Source: Macrostomum lignano
Taxonomy: Eukaryota
Assembly: GCA_002269645.1 (NCBI GenBank)
Contig: NIVC01001868.1
Span: 1-64,000 of the forward strand
Length of the DNA stretch: 64,000 nt
Reading direction: 5' to 3'
Shown here: piece by piece, positions 49,819-63,074 of the stretch
How the letters are laid out: each line of letters starts with the position of its first letter
How positions within the stretch are numbered: the stretch's first letter is position 1
Program-made: the position numbers and the translations under genes
Notes under the pieces: generated by a model
Seen by the model: only the letters and a program-made list of their open reading frames with translations
Database searches by the model: none
What the model was told of the DNA's origin: nothing

Positions 49819-50389
49819 TCAAGACCGTCAACCTGAACATGAATATGAACAAACGCTGGTATATTTCTATAAATAGCCCACGGGAATCCCCGCAGTCTTA
49901 ATTTAGAAGCGAATCCTTTCTCTCTTGTTAGTATATGCGTAAACCACGTTGGATTTTTGTTGGGGCTGCGAGCATATATTCTGGCAGTAGTTATTTCTCT
50001 TTTTTTTGCGCACAACATTGCAGCAATATATTGTGTATATCTGTGTAATATGTGCGCGACAGGCATCTCATTTGCGTCTACAAGCAATTGTTTCTATCTG
50101 TACTACATATATGCCATTTTGTGCGCGCCCAGCGCTGCATACTGAGAACAGTTTGTGAATTTCTTGACGCTTCTATCATTGTTAAATTACGCATTAAGTT
50201 GCCCTGGTATTCAATCTCTGTGTGTGATTGCAATTTTTATCCAGTTCAGCTAGCTATTCTGTCAGCAGGACTTATTCGGTTCAATATTGATGTAGTTGCA
50301 CATGATATTCTCTCTCAGTAAATACTTTTTTGTCCACCCTCCCAAATTGCTCTCTAGCCCATTATTTTTCCAAAAATCCGCAAAATTAT

Positions 50390-50815
50390 TACCGTGTAGA
50401 AACCGGGCCTATCACAATGTAGAAACCGGCCCAATACAGTGTAGAAACCGGCATATTACCGTGTAGAAACCGGGCCTATCACAATGTAGAAACCGGCCCA
50501 ATACAGTGTAGAAACCGGCATATTACCGTGTAGAAACCGGGCCTATCACAATGTAGAAACCGGCCCAATACAGTGCAGAAACCGGCATATTACCGTGTAG
50601 AAACCGGGCCTATCACAATGTAGAAACCGGCCCAATACAGTGTAGAAACCGGCATATTACCGTGTAGAAACCGGGCCTATCACAATGTTGAAACCGGCCC
50701 AATACAGTGTAGAAACCGGCATATTACCGTGTAGAAACCGGCATATTACCGTGTAGAAACCGGTATATTACCGTGTAGAAACCGGCATATTACCGTGTAG
50801 AAACCAGGCCATTGC
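50390..50815. repeat. Minisatellite with 67-bp trimeric higher-order repeat (23+22+22 bp)
   Basis: Core gtagaaaccgg followed in turn by gcctatcacaat, cccaatacagt and catattaccgt; period 67 (50401 to 50468). Confidence 0.93.
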
Positions 50816-51769
50816 TCGTACAATGTAGAAATAGGCCCATCGCCATGTAGAAATCGTAAGCAGTAATTCTGTTGCTATGCGAGAAGGAACTCAGCTGTTT
50901 CTAATAAGTAATAAGTTAGCTCAGTTCAAGTCATCATTGTGCATACCAATGAAACTATTGTATTCAGAGCTCAGTCAGTCATGTAAATAAATCATTACTA
51001 AAAACAGTGTGTTTAATACAAGCTATAGTCTTCAGTTGTTACTATGAGTAATCTAATGCATAGCAACTATCTATGCAATGCATCATATTAATCTCTCTCT
51101 CTCTCTCTCGCCGTGTCTCTAATAATTATGCATTTTGTGGCCCATTGTATTCTAGTTTATTCTAGGCTTTGCTTGGCAATCGGTTTATAATCTTATTAAT
51201 TAAATATAATAGTTTCGTAAGTCTTATTGGTATTGCTCCATTTCGCACGCTTCATAGCTGCGGTGCAATCTGTTTAATAAATTTAAGTATACAATTATCA
51301 TATCTATATTATATATACCATTAAATGCAGTCATTTTTCGCTGAAATAATTAAAAATCCTTGCCCATCTGGTCGCTCTGTCTCTGTCTGTTTTATATTCT
51401 TGTATTTATTTACAGATATATACACATCTATTCATTTATCTGCATTGTTGTTTTCTTCTCATTTACGCTTGACAGTTTATACAGACGCTTCTCCGTATAT
51501 GCAGATTTGATAATAAGCAACCATGCACACTATAGATTGATGGCTTATGAGTATTCAACTAATTTTATTGTGTTATTTCTATCATGGTTTACTGCTTATG
51601 TATTGCTAAACATTTCATGCTTGCTTTTCCATGCTTTTCCATTGAAGCCAGTTTTTGACGTGTAAGACTTGTGCAAATAGTTACGATTATATAATTGCTT
51701 GTAGGGGCGCCACAATGGGTGTGTCAGTAGCGCACCATAATTGGTGTGTCAGTGGCGCCAAGTATGGTT

Positions 51770-52024
51770 GTTATTAGCACCCAAAGCGGCCTTATTAGCG
51801 TTAAACGGGTGTTATTAGCGTCTATTATGGGTGCAATTAGCGTTTAATATGGGTGTCATTAGAGCCTAATATGGATACCATTAGCGTCTAATATTGATAC
51901 CATTAGCGCCTAATATGGATGTCATTAGCGTCTAATATGGATTCCATCAGCGCCTAATATGGGTGTCATTAGCGTCTAATATGGGTGTCATTGGCGTCTA
52001 GTATGGGTGCCATTAGCGCCTAAT
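51770..52024. repeat. Degenerate 22-bp minisatellite
   Basis: Unit cattagcg(c/t)ctaatatgggtgt. Confidence 0.8.
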
Positions 52025-53334
52025 GTGAGGCTCAATTATTGTTAAGAATTGGCTTCGATTTAGTAGTGGAATCGCACCACCTCCTCCCACCCCCAGTTCA
52101 TGACGCGCGAATTTCATATCGAAGCGAAACTAAATTATTGTTTTGCATTGTCCACACTAATATTTGTTATTATTTATCTAACGCAGCAGGGGGTCTTCCG
52201 CGTTCGTTTTTATTATGAAAGAAAGAATTATGTTTTTTGTGCTTATTTCCCTTTCCCTGGTGAAAGCATTCAGCAGGTATTCATTTTTCTGGTTATGGTT
52301 TGCCAAGCAATACAGTTTGTTGTGGTTTTTGTTGCAATCTTAACCCTACAATCAGTTGTCCTGTGCGAGTATTATTGTTATATTATTTATTATTGTTATT
52401 ATTATTGCTGCTAATTGTCATATTTTGCTATTTTATAATTATTTTTAATGCAAGACAATTTTGCTCTGGAGTTTATCCAACTATCCTGTTGCACACAGGC
52501 TTAGGCGGTACTACCATTAGTATTTACATTGTCTTGCTATATTTGCTACAACCTCTTTTGTCTTCATTTCAGAATCAGTTTTTATTCTCCTCCAGCTCCG
52601 CTTCCTAAGATTCTTCTTGTATTAAGTAGAGCGGCGAGGATGAAGTTATTATTTTTTGAGAAATTATCGAGTTTCTAACGAATATAACGAATTTCATTGG
52701 TTTAAATCCAGCAGTTATTGGCGTGTGAATTTAAAAAAGTAATGTTTTCCCCAGGTTGTAGACATGAAATTGTATGTTTTCTTTTCTTTGTCTCTTTTTG
52801 AGCTTCTTCATTCACTGTCAAATTGTGAAAGCTTGCCGTCAGAGTCTGTTTTAAAACCAAGCTGTATAGTCGGAATTATTTATGCTATATGGTAGTATGG
52901 TATGTAGTCGCATCGGTCTGTGTTGTAATCATTTTAGTATGTTAATCCTAGGATTGCACACACTTATACTGTTATTTTTTAGAGAATATTTGCGCTAATG
53001 AGCATTATCAGTGGTCACGAGTGATTTGTGACAGACATTTTTATTATTATTAATTGCCGTGTCCATCAGGGGTTGTTGGCTTACAATAAATATTATATAT
53101 GAGCTATATGCACCTTTTTGCTCGCTTGTTTGCTAATTTTGTTCATTATAATTGAAATATAAATAATCTCTAAGTACTATTAATACACTTTAAAGCACAT
53201 TGTAAAAGGCTTACCCTAACATCATGATACATTTTTCCCTGGCACTAAAAATAGCGCTGAAAATGTCAGACTTTTCATTGTTTATTTGTGCATATTTTCA
53301 TCTATTTAGTACTTAGAGGTAAATGACTTTCCCC

Positions 53335-53968
53335 AGTTCCCCATTGAGTCTGTGGGGATATTCTAGTGCCTCCAGTTTCCCATTGGATCTGTGAGGATAT
53401 TCTAGTGCCTCCAGTTCCCGCTTGAGTCTGTGGGGATATTTTAGTGACTCCAGTTCCCGATTGAGTCTGTGGGGATATTTTAGTGACTCCAGTTCCCGAT
53501 TGAGTCTGTGGGGATATTTTAGTGACTCCAGTTCCCGATTGAGTCTGTGGGGGATATTCTAGTGCCTCCAGTTCCCGCTTGAGTCTGTGGGGGATATTCT
53601 AGTGCCTCCAGTTTCCCATTGGATCTGTGAGGATATTCTAGTGCCTCCAGTTCCCGCTTGAGTCTGTGGGGATATTTTAGTGACCCCAGTTCCCGATTGA
53701 GTCTGTGGGGATATTTTAGTGACTCCAGTTCCCGATTGAGTCTGTGGGGGATATTCTAGTGCCTCCAGTTCCCGCTTGAGTCTGTGGGGGATATTCTAGT
53801 GCCTCCAGTTCCCGATTGAGTCTGTGGGGATATTCTAGTGCCTCGAGTTCCCGATTGAGTCTGTGGGGGATATTCTAGTGCCTCGAGTTCCCGATTGAGT
53901 CCGTGAGGGATATTCTAGTGTCTCCACTTCCCCATTGAGTCTGTGGGGATATTTTAGTGCCTGGGGAT
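53335..53968. repeat. 39-40 bp minisatellite just upstream of the FLCN acceptor
   Basis: Unit ttgagtctgtggggatattctagtgcctccagttcccga. Confidence 0.95.
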
Positions 53969-54028
53969 ACTTTATCCCCAGCTGCAATCCATCCCTCGAT
54001 GCGTCCCCCGCACCCCTAACCCTCTCAG

Positions 54029-57000
54029 AACTGCCTAGTGGCGCTGACCCACTTCTGCGAGGACCACGGGCCCTCGGTGGTGATGTGCACCCAGGCGGTG
54101 AGGCTGTCCGGCTTGCCGGTAGCCAAAGGCGGCAGCTGCTTGGACGGCACAACAATCAGTTCGGCGCTGCCAGGCGGTCCGGCCAGTCTGACTTCAACGA
54201 AATGCCCGGCTTGCCGCTCGATGCCGCCCAACACCTTGGCAATGTACACAGCCGACTGGCAGGGCGACTTGCTACTTGTGTCCAGCCAGCACCCAGCCGC
54301 TCCCAATCAGTTATATAGCCAGCTGCGTCAGGCCTGCCTTCGTGTGCACTCGTGCGAAGTCTGTCCAACCGGAGCTATGTACTTTGGCGACGATGCCGGC
54401 GGCGGCGGCGGCGGCTGCCACGTGTTCGCCAGTCCGTTCCAGCTAGACGACGTGAAAGCTCGCGGCCTGTCTAGCCAGTTCTCTGTGCTGGCGCTGTCGC
54501 GCGACGGTCGAATGCTGCTGCAATCCTGGCCTTGGCTGGTCAACCGCTCGGCCGAGATCATCGCCGGCCTGCGCGACGCCGCCGCAGCCCAGTTCTCAGC
54601 TGAGCAATCGGCCGGCTGTTCGGCTAGGGCTGCGCGAATCAACGGGTCCGGCTGGGTTCGAATGCGCCGGTCTGACGTGCCGGCCAGGTCGCTGGCCCAG
54701 CTGACTAGCAATCCAAGCGTCTACAGGCGGTTGCACGCCTGCTTTGCCCGACTGCTGCGCGGCTGGCAACGGGAAGAGCTGGCGCCTGGCAGGCCTACCG
54801 AGGATCAGCTGGCTTTGAACTCGGTGCTGTGCCTGGCTGAGGAGGTGAGAGTGTGTGAGAGTGCTCGTGAGGACTAACCGATCTGACCTGTCCTAAAGAA
54901 TCGCCTCTGAGCTGCCCTTGGAAATCGCCTCTGAGCTGTCAAAAAGAATCGACGTTGAGTCTCCCTAAAAAACAAATTTGTTATTGAATCTCAATACAGA
55001 AATATTCTCTGATCTAAGGCTTTTTAATAATCGTCTCTGACTTTAAAACCATTCTTGAGTCTCTCTAACATCCTTGAGTCTCCTGAGTCTCTTTAACACC
55101 ATCCCTGAGTCTCTAACACAATCCTTGAGTCTCTAACACCATCTTCGAGTCTCTAACACAATCCTTGAGTCTCTAACACCATCTTCGAGTCTCTAACACA
55201 ATCCTTGAATCTCTAACACTATTTTCGAGGAGTCTCTAACACAATCCTTGAGTCTCTAACACCATCTTCGAGTTTCTAACACCTTCCTTGAGTCTCTAAC
55301 ACTATCTTCGAGTTTCTAACACCTTCCTTGAGTCTCTAACACTATCCTTGAGTTTCTAACACCTTCCTTGAGTCTCTAACACTATCTTCGAGTTTCTAAC
55401 ACCTTCCTTGAGTCTCTAACACTATCCTTGAGTTTCTAACACCTTCCTTAAGTCTCTAACACCATCTTCGAGTTTCTAACACCTTCCTTGAGTCTCTAAC
55501 ACTATCCTTGAGTTTCTAACACCTTCCTTGAGTCTCTAACACTATCTTCGAGTTTCTAACACCTTCCTTGAGTCTCTAACACTATCTTCGAGTTTCTAAC
55601 ACAATCCATGAGTCTCTAACACCATCTTCGAGTTTCTAACACAATCCATGAGTCTCTAACACGATCTTCGAGTCTCTAACACCTTCCTTGAGTCTCTAAC
55701 ACTATCTTCGAGTTTCTAACACCTTCCTTGAGTCTCTAACACTATCTTCGAGTTTCTAACACCTTCCTTGAGTCTCTAACACTATCTTCGAGTCTCTAAC
55801 ACAATCCATGAGTCTCTAACACCATCTTCGAGTTTCTAACACCTTCCTTGAGTCTCTAACACTATCTTCGAGTCTCTAACACAATCCATGAGTCTCTAAC
55901 ACCATCTTCGAGTCTCTAACACCTTCCTTGAGTCTCTAACACTATCTTCGAGTTTCTAACACCTTCCTTGAGTCTCTAACACCATCTTCGAGTTTCTAAC
56001 ACCTTCCTTGATTCTCTAACACTATCTTCGAGTTTCTAACACCTTCCTTGAGTCTCTAACACTATCCTTGAGTTTCTAACACCTTCCTTGAGTCTCTAAC
56101 ACCATCTTCGAGTTTCTAACACCTTCCTTGAGTCTCTAACACTATCCTTGAGTTTCTAACACCTTCCTTGAGTCTCTAACACTATCTTCGAGTTTCTAAC
56201 ACCTTCCTTGAGTCTCTAACACTATCTTCGAGTTTCTAACACAATCCATGAGTCTCTAACACCATCTTCGAGTTTCTAACACAATCCATGAGTCTCTAAC
56301 ACCATCTTCGAGTCTCTAACACCTTCCTTGAGTCTCTAACACTATCTTCGAGTTTCTAACACCTTCCTTGAGTCTCTAACACTATCTTCGAGTTTCTAAC
56401 ACCTTCCTTGAGTCTCTAACACTATCTTCGAGTCTCTAACACAATCCATGAGTCTCTAACACCATCTTCGAGTTTCTAACACCTTCCTTGAGTCTCTAAC
56501 ACTATCTTCGAGTCTCTAACACAATCCATGAGTCTCTAACACCATCTTCGAGTCTCTAACACCTTCCTTGAGTCTCTAACACTATCTTCGAGTTTCTAAC
56601 ACCTTCCTTGAGTCTCTAACACCATCTTCGAGTTTCTAACACCTTCCTTGAGTCTCTAACACTATCTTCGAGTCTCTAACACAATCCATGAGTCTCTAAC
56701 ACCATCTTCGAGTCTCTAACACCTTCCTTGAGTCTCTAACACTATCTTCGAGTTTCTAACACCTTCCTTGAGTCTCTAACACCATCTTCGAGTTTCTAAC
56801 ACCTTCCTTGAGTCTCTAACACTATCTTCGAGTCTCTAACACAATCCATGAGTCTCTAACACCATCTTCGAGTCTCTAACACCTTCCTTGAGTCTCTAAC
56901 ACTATCTTCGAGTTTCTAACACCTTCCTTGAGTCTCTAACACCATCTTCGAGTCTCTAATACCATCCTCGACTCTCCCCTAAGGATTGTTCTTAAGCCGC

Positions 57001-60000
57001 CCCAAAAAATGACTCTTTAAAATCGTTTTTTATAAAGCATCTAAAGCTGGTTTTCACACACTAAGAAGAATTAATCGAAGTTAATAAAAACAACCGTCTC
57101 AAAATGTCAGGACGAAGACTCCGCAGATGACGGCATTCGCACTGTGGTTCCCACACCCACAAAACTTGTCGGAGGCGGCGACGGTGGCGGCAGCAGCGGT
57201 CTAGGTGGGGAAGGCGTCCAGCTCTCGGTTGTGAGCGCAGTATTTCACTCGCTGCGCCACGTGCGCGAGCGTTTGCACCAGGCGCCGCCAGCTTGTCAGT
57301 CGATTGATAATTTCAGCCTGCTGCTGCATCACCTGCTCACAGGCAATCAGATCGTGTTTCGAACTTTGCTGCCTGAGCTGGCTAAATCATTTTTCACTTT
57401 GCTGCGTTGCCTACTGCCTAGCAACTGTTCTCAGGAGCTGCTCAACTGGCAACGATATGAGGAACCCTATAGGTGAGTGGGAGTCTTGTCAGTTTACATG
57501 TAGATTGTAGGAGGCATTATTAGGTCTGACTTTCTAATCGTCAGGCATGTACTCTCTGTGTCTTGGTGGTTGATTGTTCAATCCCGTTGAAAACGTCACC
57601 GAGACAAGAATCGCTAAAGAGTGATTGCAAACAACTCACTCAGTGACTCTAGCGACTCTTGGGGCGACTCTTGTGACTTTTTAACGACTCAAACAACTGT
57701 AATGCAACGGAGAGGCGACTGTTGAGTCACGAGCGCATCACGTGAGTTGCAGAGTCGTAAAAGAGTCGCGAAAGAAGTCGTTCAAGAGCCGTTGTGTTTG
57801 CGCTTAACTTTCTACTAACATAAGTAGCCTAAATAGAGTTGTGTTATAAATGCGAAATGCGATTCTAATTCATTAAGTGACCAGATGCGCTTTAGACGCA
57901 ACTCAGTGATTCTGCAGCGGCTCTGGCACGCCTCAGATACGACTCTACGGACTTCCTAATAGTCCGTCCTAGTTAGCATTTTATTATACGAATGGACCTT
58001 ATTGAAAGTGTCTGGCTGCAATGGGTTATTTAACGGTCAGTTTCTATCATGCTGCATCATCAAACCAGGTGCAACCTGTTAGGCCTGACTGCCGATACTC
58101 GCCTACCAGATTGGATCGCCGCCGACGGCGAGGGCCATCCAATGCTACTGCTGGACTGTCGGCCTGACGCGTCAGCGCTTGCTGCACAGGTAAGCTCTGG
58201 CTGGGCTTGTGCGTGTGCGTGAGTGTTGGTTGATGAGTGCTCCCTGGCGCTTATGTACCAGTACCTGGGTGATATAGCACTAACTGAAGCTGGGAGCAAG
58301 CAATTCAATCCTTTCGATGGAGAATCAAGCTATTGATAAAACTAAAGATAAAGCTCTCCTCACTAAATTCCTCGTCTGCCATATCCGGGTTTTTCTGATG
58401 AAATCTGTGGTTGCTCCATTGAACCATCTTTTGGACCATGGACAATGAAAAACAAGTCTTTAATAGCTGGATTCTCCCAGTGAGGGTTGAATTGACTGCT
58501 ACTAAGGCTCAATTGGCTTCGAAAAATGCTACATTAATTTGGGGACAAGCTGGCATTGTCGTGTGATTCACGACCATTAGGGCCAACCTCAAGGCACAGA
58601 GAGTGTACATGCTTTGAAGTCCGTGATGCAGTGACAGTTTGGCAAGAAACTTTAAAAGAGATAAACAACCTATCCATTAGTGTTGTTTTTAGTTAACATA
58701 GCGCCAAGTGAGGATTTTCCATAGACATTACCAGCGGACAAGCTGCCGTCATGGAGGAAACATGAAACAAGAGAAAAGGTTATCTATGTTAATACTACAG
58801 CCTAGCATGCGCGTTAATCGTGAATTTCCCCCGCGTACAAGCTTCAGCCATTAAGAAATTAGGGGGGGGCTATTATTAAATTCAAGCAGCCAATGAAATT
58901 CATGGAAGGGATATCCCTATTTTTAGGAAGTCTTGGCCATAGACTCGCTTTCAGATGAGCGATCCTTTCTATTCCTTCATCCATGGCTGCCGTGCACACA
59001 GATTCAATTCACCCCTAGATGGGCCACTCAAGGCCGCAGTGCGAAAACCCCGGGGTTCAAGCCATAGACTGTAGCTTCTTTTGCGGTCAAGCATTACCAG
59101 CAGCAGCTGGTGTCTGTGGCCCAAACCCTGGGGTTTCCGTGACCTCGGAGAGGGCCGCTAAATACATTAGCGAATGCTGGAGCGACAGCTAAGTCTAATA
59201 TAGAATCTGTAGCCGTGCATTTTCGTACTTCGTTTGAAGTCTTGACTTATCAGCGTATCATACACACTTCCGGCGGCTTATTTATTGTTTTATTAATGTA
59301 TAACAAATAAAAGTTCCTACTTTGTTAGTAGTATGCATTTACCAACCCCAAAATACGCAACAAACATTGCAACAGGCTTTCATACCCGTAGACGATCTGG
59401 ATCTAGTAGTGACAACCAATAGGCCTGCCCGGCCGGCCGCTCAGCTGATTGGCCAAATTGACTCCCTGCTGGGCGATCCGGTGCTGCCTGAAGAGTCTCT
59501 CGATCTACTTCTGGCCAATGCTAAAGAGGATTGGCTAGAACGGGCTAGACAAACCTACGCTTTTATGCAGGTGAATATTTGTTTGATTGTGTACTTTGGT
59601 GTCTGCCTAATCTGATAATTGGCAGTGGCTACTTCAAGTTAAATTTATTGATTGTCGCTATAAAGCGCGCCAATATCAGTGTAAGGAGCGCCAATATAAG
59701 TGTAAGGAGCGCCAATATCAGTGCAAGGAGCGCCAATATCAGTGCAAGGAGCGCCAATATCAGTACAAAGGAGCGCCGATATCAGAACAAGGAGCGCCAA
59801 TGTCAGTACAAAGGAGCGCCGATATCAGAACAAGGAGCGCCAATATCAACAGTAGGGGCGTCAATATCAGTAAGATTAGCGCCAATATCAGTACAAGGGG
59901 CGCCAATATCAGTACAAGGGGCGCCCATATCACTACAGGAGCGCTAATATCAGTACAAGGGGCGCCAATATCAGTACAAGGGGCGCCAATATCAGTACAA

Positions 60001-60752
60001 GGGGCGCCAATATTAGTACAAGGGGCGCCAATATCAGTACAAGGGGCGCCAATATCAGTACAAGGGGCGCCAATATCAGTACAAGGGGCGCCAATAGCAG
60101 TACAAGGGGCGCCAATATCAGTACAAGGGGCGCCCATATCACTACAGGAGCGCTAATATCAGTACAAGGGGCGCCAATATCAGTACAAGGGGCGCCCATA
60201 TCACTACAGGAGCGCTAATATCAGTACAAGGGGCGCCAATATCAGTACAAGGGGCGCCAATATCAGTACAAGGGGCGCCAATATCAGTACAAGGGGCGCC
60301 AATATTAGTACAAAGGGCGCCAATATCAGTACAAGGGGCGCCCATATCACTACAGGAGCGCTAATATCAGTACAAGGGGCGCCAATATCAGTACAAGGGG
60401 CGCCAATATCAGTACAAGGGGCGCCAATAGCAGTACCACCAGTAGCTCAGCGGGTCAAAAATTGTTCAAATCAGTTTTTAGATTGATCAAACCGATTGTA
60501 AATCCGTAATTTGAAACGGCCTTAAGCCTTGCTGACACTACTATTAGTAGTTTAATCTAAAGGTAATTTGTTCATAAATTGTGTCAAAAATGCAATTCGC
60601 AGGCGCACAGGCGGCAGTTCTCCGATGGCCAAGTGACCGCCTTTCTATCCTCTCTAGGCTGTCAACGAGCCGACGAGATTGTACTGAAATTCTGGACTCG
60701 TGGTATCAGCGGATTAACCCGTAGAGAGATTATCAAATCATGCAGGCAATAG
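54029..60752 (+). CDS. FLCN: Folliculin (BHD protein), 5 coding exons; initiator Met not encoded in the first large exon
   Basis: Exons 54029-54844, 57111-57472, 58069-58189, 59376-59570, 60603-60752. Motifs NCLVALTHFCEDHGP, LRQACLRVHSCEVCP, FQLDDVKARGLSSQFS, FHSLRHVR, HLLTGNQIV, YEEPYRCNLLGL, KEDWLER, LKFWTRGIS. 548 aa if a Met is added. Confidence 0.93.
55085..56965. repeat. 20-bp minisatellite (largely 40-bp dimers) in the FLCN intron after the first coding exon
   Basis: Alternating gagtctctaacac(t/c)atcttc and gagtttctaacaccttcctt, with acaatccatg variants. Confidence 0.97.
57628..57801. repeat. Small degenerate inverted repeat built of CGACTC/GAGTCG subrepeats
   Basis: gcaaacaac...cgactctt units on the left; aagagtcg...gttgtgtttgc on the right. 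Confidence 0.5.
59665..60432. repeat. 21-bp minisatellite in the last FLCN intron
   Basis: Unit gcgccaatatcagtacaagg(g/a). Confidence 0.95.
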
Positions 60753-60964
60753 AAATTGCTGCCCTATGCTTGGCAGTTGGTTTTATATGTTTTGTCCATT
60801 GACGTTTTTTAGTTTTGTTTCAGTTGTTTAAATACTGGCTCGTTACTCTTTAGAGTAAATAGTATCAAACATTTAGGAATTAGTTCTATTGTTCTGAATT
60901 ATTAAAAATCTGCGGCTCCTTTGCTTATGCAAATCTTGTACACATTGCGCTAAATGCGTACATT

Positions 60965-61840
60965 GGTCCTTCAGCGGGTGGTTGCTGCTAGCCACTGGTC
61001 CTTCAGCGGGTGGTTGCTGCTAGCCACTGGTCCTTCAGCGGGTGGTTTCTGCTAGCCACTGGTCCTTCAGCGGGTGGTTGCTGCTAGCCACTGGTCCTTC
61101 AGCGGGTGGTTGCTGCTAGCCACTGGTCCTTCAGCGGGTGGTTGCTGCTAGCCACTGGTCCTTCAGCGGGTGGTTGCTGCTAGCCACTGGTCCTTCAGCG
61201 GGTGGTTGCTGCTAGCCATTGGTCCTTCAGCGGGTGGTTGCTGCTAGCCACTGGTCCTTCAGCGGGTGGTTGCTGCTAGCCACTGGTCCTTCAGCGGGTG
61301 GTTGCTGCTAGCCACTGGTCCTTCAGCGGGTGGTTGCTGCTAGCCACTGGTCCTTCAGCGGGTGGTTGCTGCTAGCCACTGGTCCTTCAGCGGGTGGTTG
61401 CTGCTAGCCACTGGTCCTTCAGCGGGTGGTTGCTGCTAGCCACTGGTCCTTCAGCGGGTGATTGCTGCTACCCATTGGTCCTTCAGCGGGTGGTTGCTGC
61501 TAGCCACTGGTCCTTCAGCGGGTGATTGCTGCTAGCCACTGGTCCTTCAGCGGGTGGTTGCTGCTAGCCACTGGTCCTTCAGCGGGTGGTTGCTGCTAGC
61601 CACTGGTCCTTCAGCGGGTGGTTGCTGCTAGCCATTGGTCCTTCAGCGGGTGGTTGCTGCTAGCCACTGGTCCTTCAGCGGGTGGTTGCTGCTAGCCACT
61701 GGTCCTTCAGCGGGTGGTTGCTGCTAGCCACTGGTCCTTCAGCGGGTGGTTGCTGCTAGCCACTGGTCCTTCAGCGGGTGGTTGCTGCTAGCCACTGGTC
61801 CTTCAGCGGGTGGTTGCTGCTAGCCATTGGTCCTTCAGCG
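60965..61840. repeat. 32-bp highly homogeneous minisatellite between FLCN and JOSD
   Basis: Unit ggtccttcagcgggtggttgctgctagccact. Confidence 0.97.
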
Positions 61841-62659
61841 AACCGCTCATAGCCACCAAAAACCCTCACTTGTCAATAACTTTTTGATTCTATCTTACCT
61901 CGCGCATACGTAGTTCAGTATCAATATGTAAATTATAAATTAGATGGAAATTAGATGGATTACTCAAGACCTAGTTAGATGCGAAATTGTTTTATACATA
62001 ATTTGTTTCTTATTTATTATTGAAATTCCCGCCAAAAAATATTTATAATCGATATTTAGTACTTACTATGCTACTACTGTTACGATTTTGAACCTGCTTA
62101 AGCGCGTATACTACAGACTACTACTCGTCTACAAAGATTACATTTAATTTTTCTTAATTCTGAAGTCACTTTATTTATACATTTTTTAGCCATTTTAAAT
62201 ACAGCTTATATCTGCTGTAGCTGGCTGCATTCATTGTTAGCTTGCAGTTTTCATTGCGCTTTATGTGTCCTCAGATTTATAGAATGCGGACATTTTTGCT
62301 TTCTACGTATTGCTGCGTCTTTCAGCAAATCCCCCCGCAAAGCGCAGTGCTTTATGACTGCGTGTATATTTAATTGTTCAAAAGAATCGATGTATCCTAC
62401 TGTTAGTAGGAGTCCAATTTACTGTGGAAATTTTCAGTTAATCATATACACGCGACATGCGAATTATTCTACTTCATCACTGATTTTACAGACCGGCTTT
62501 CAGTGTGCGCGCTTTTTGTATTTCCACAGCGCAGAGCAGATATTTTATAAACTTGATAGCAAATAAATTTGCAAAGATATATATATATATATTTTTCCTT
62601 TGTTTTGGTATTTCTGTTATTTTTGTATCAAACTAGGTGTCAATGGATACATACATACA

Positions 62660-62950
<291 letters not shown>

Positions 62951-63074
62951 GACATGTTCGAGCTTCGCTAGATTTTCAATCACTTACATCAGCTGTTGCT
63001 TTTCATGGTCAAGCAGAAAGCATTAGCCTGCAAGCCGCCCTCTAACAGCTTCAGCTGCAGCCGTAGATAGCGCA

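Noticed and set aside
50390-50815. CRISPR-like repeat/spacer appearance (also considered for the 12571, 55085 and 60965 arrays)
   Set aside because: Intervening sequences recur rather than being unique, units are short, there are no cas genes, and the context is a spliced eukaryotic locus.
59042-59139. Short inverted repeat (aaaccccggggtt) in a FLCN intron
   Set aside because: About 17 bp, partly self-palindromic, with no TSD or extendable arms.
6940-61840. Idea that array unit lengths cluster on multiples of the 10.5-bp helical repeat
   Set aside because: Measured periods (15-16, 19, 20, 21, 22, 23, 29, 30, 31, 32, 33, 35, 39-40, 44) are spread continuously.
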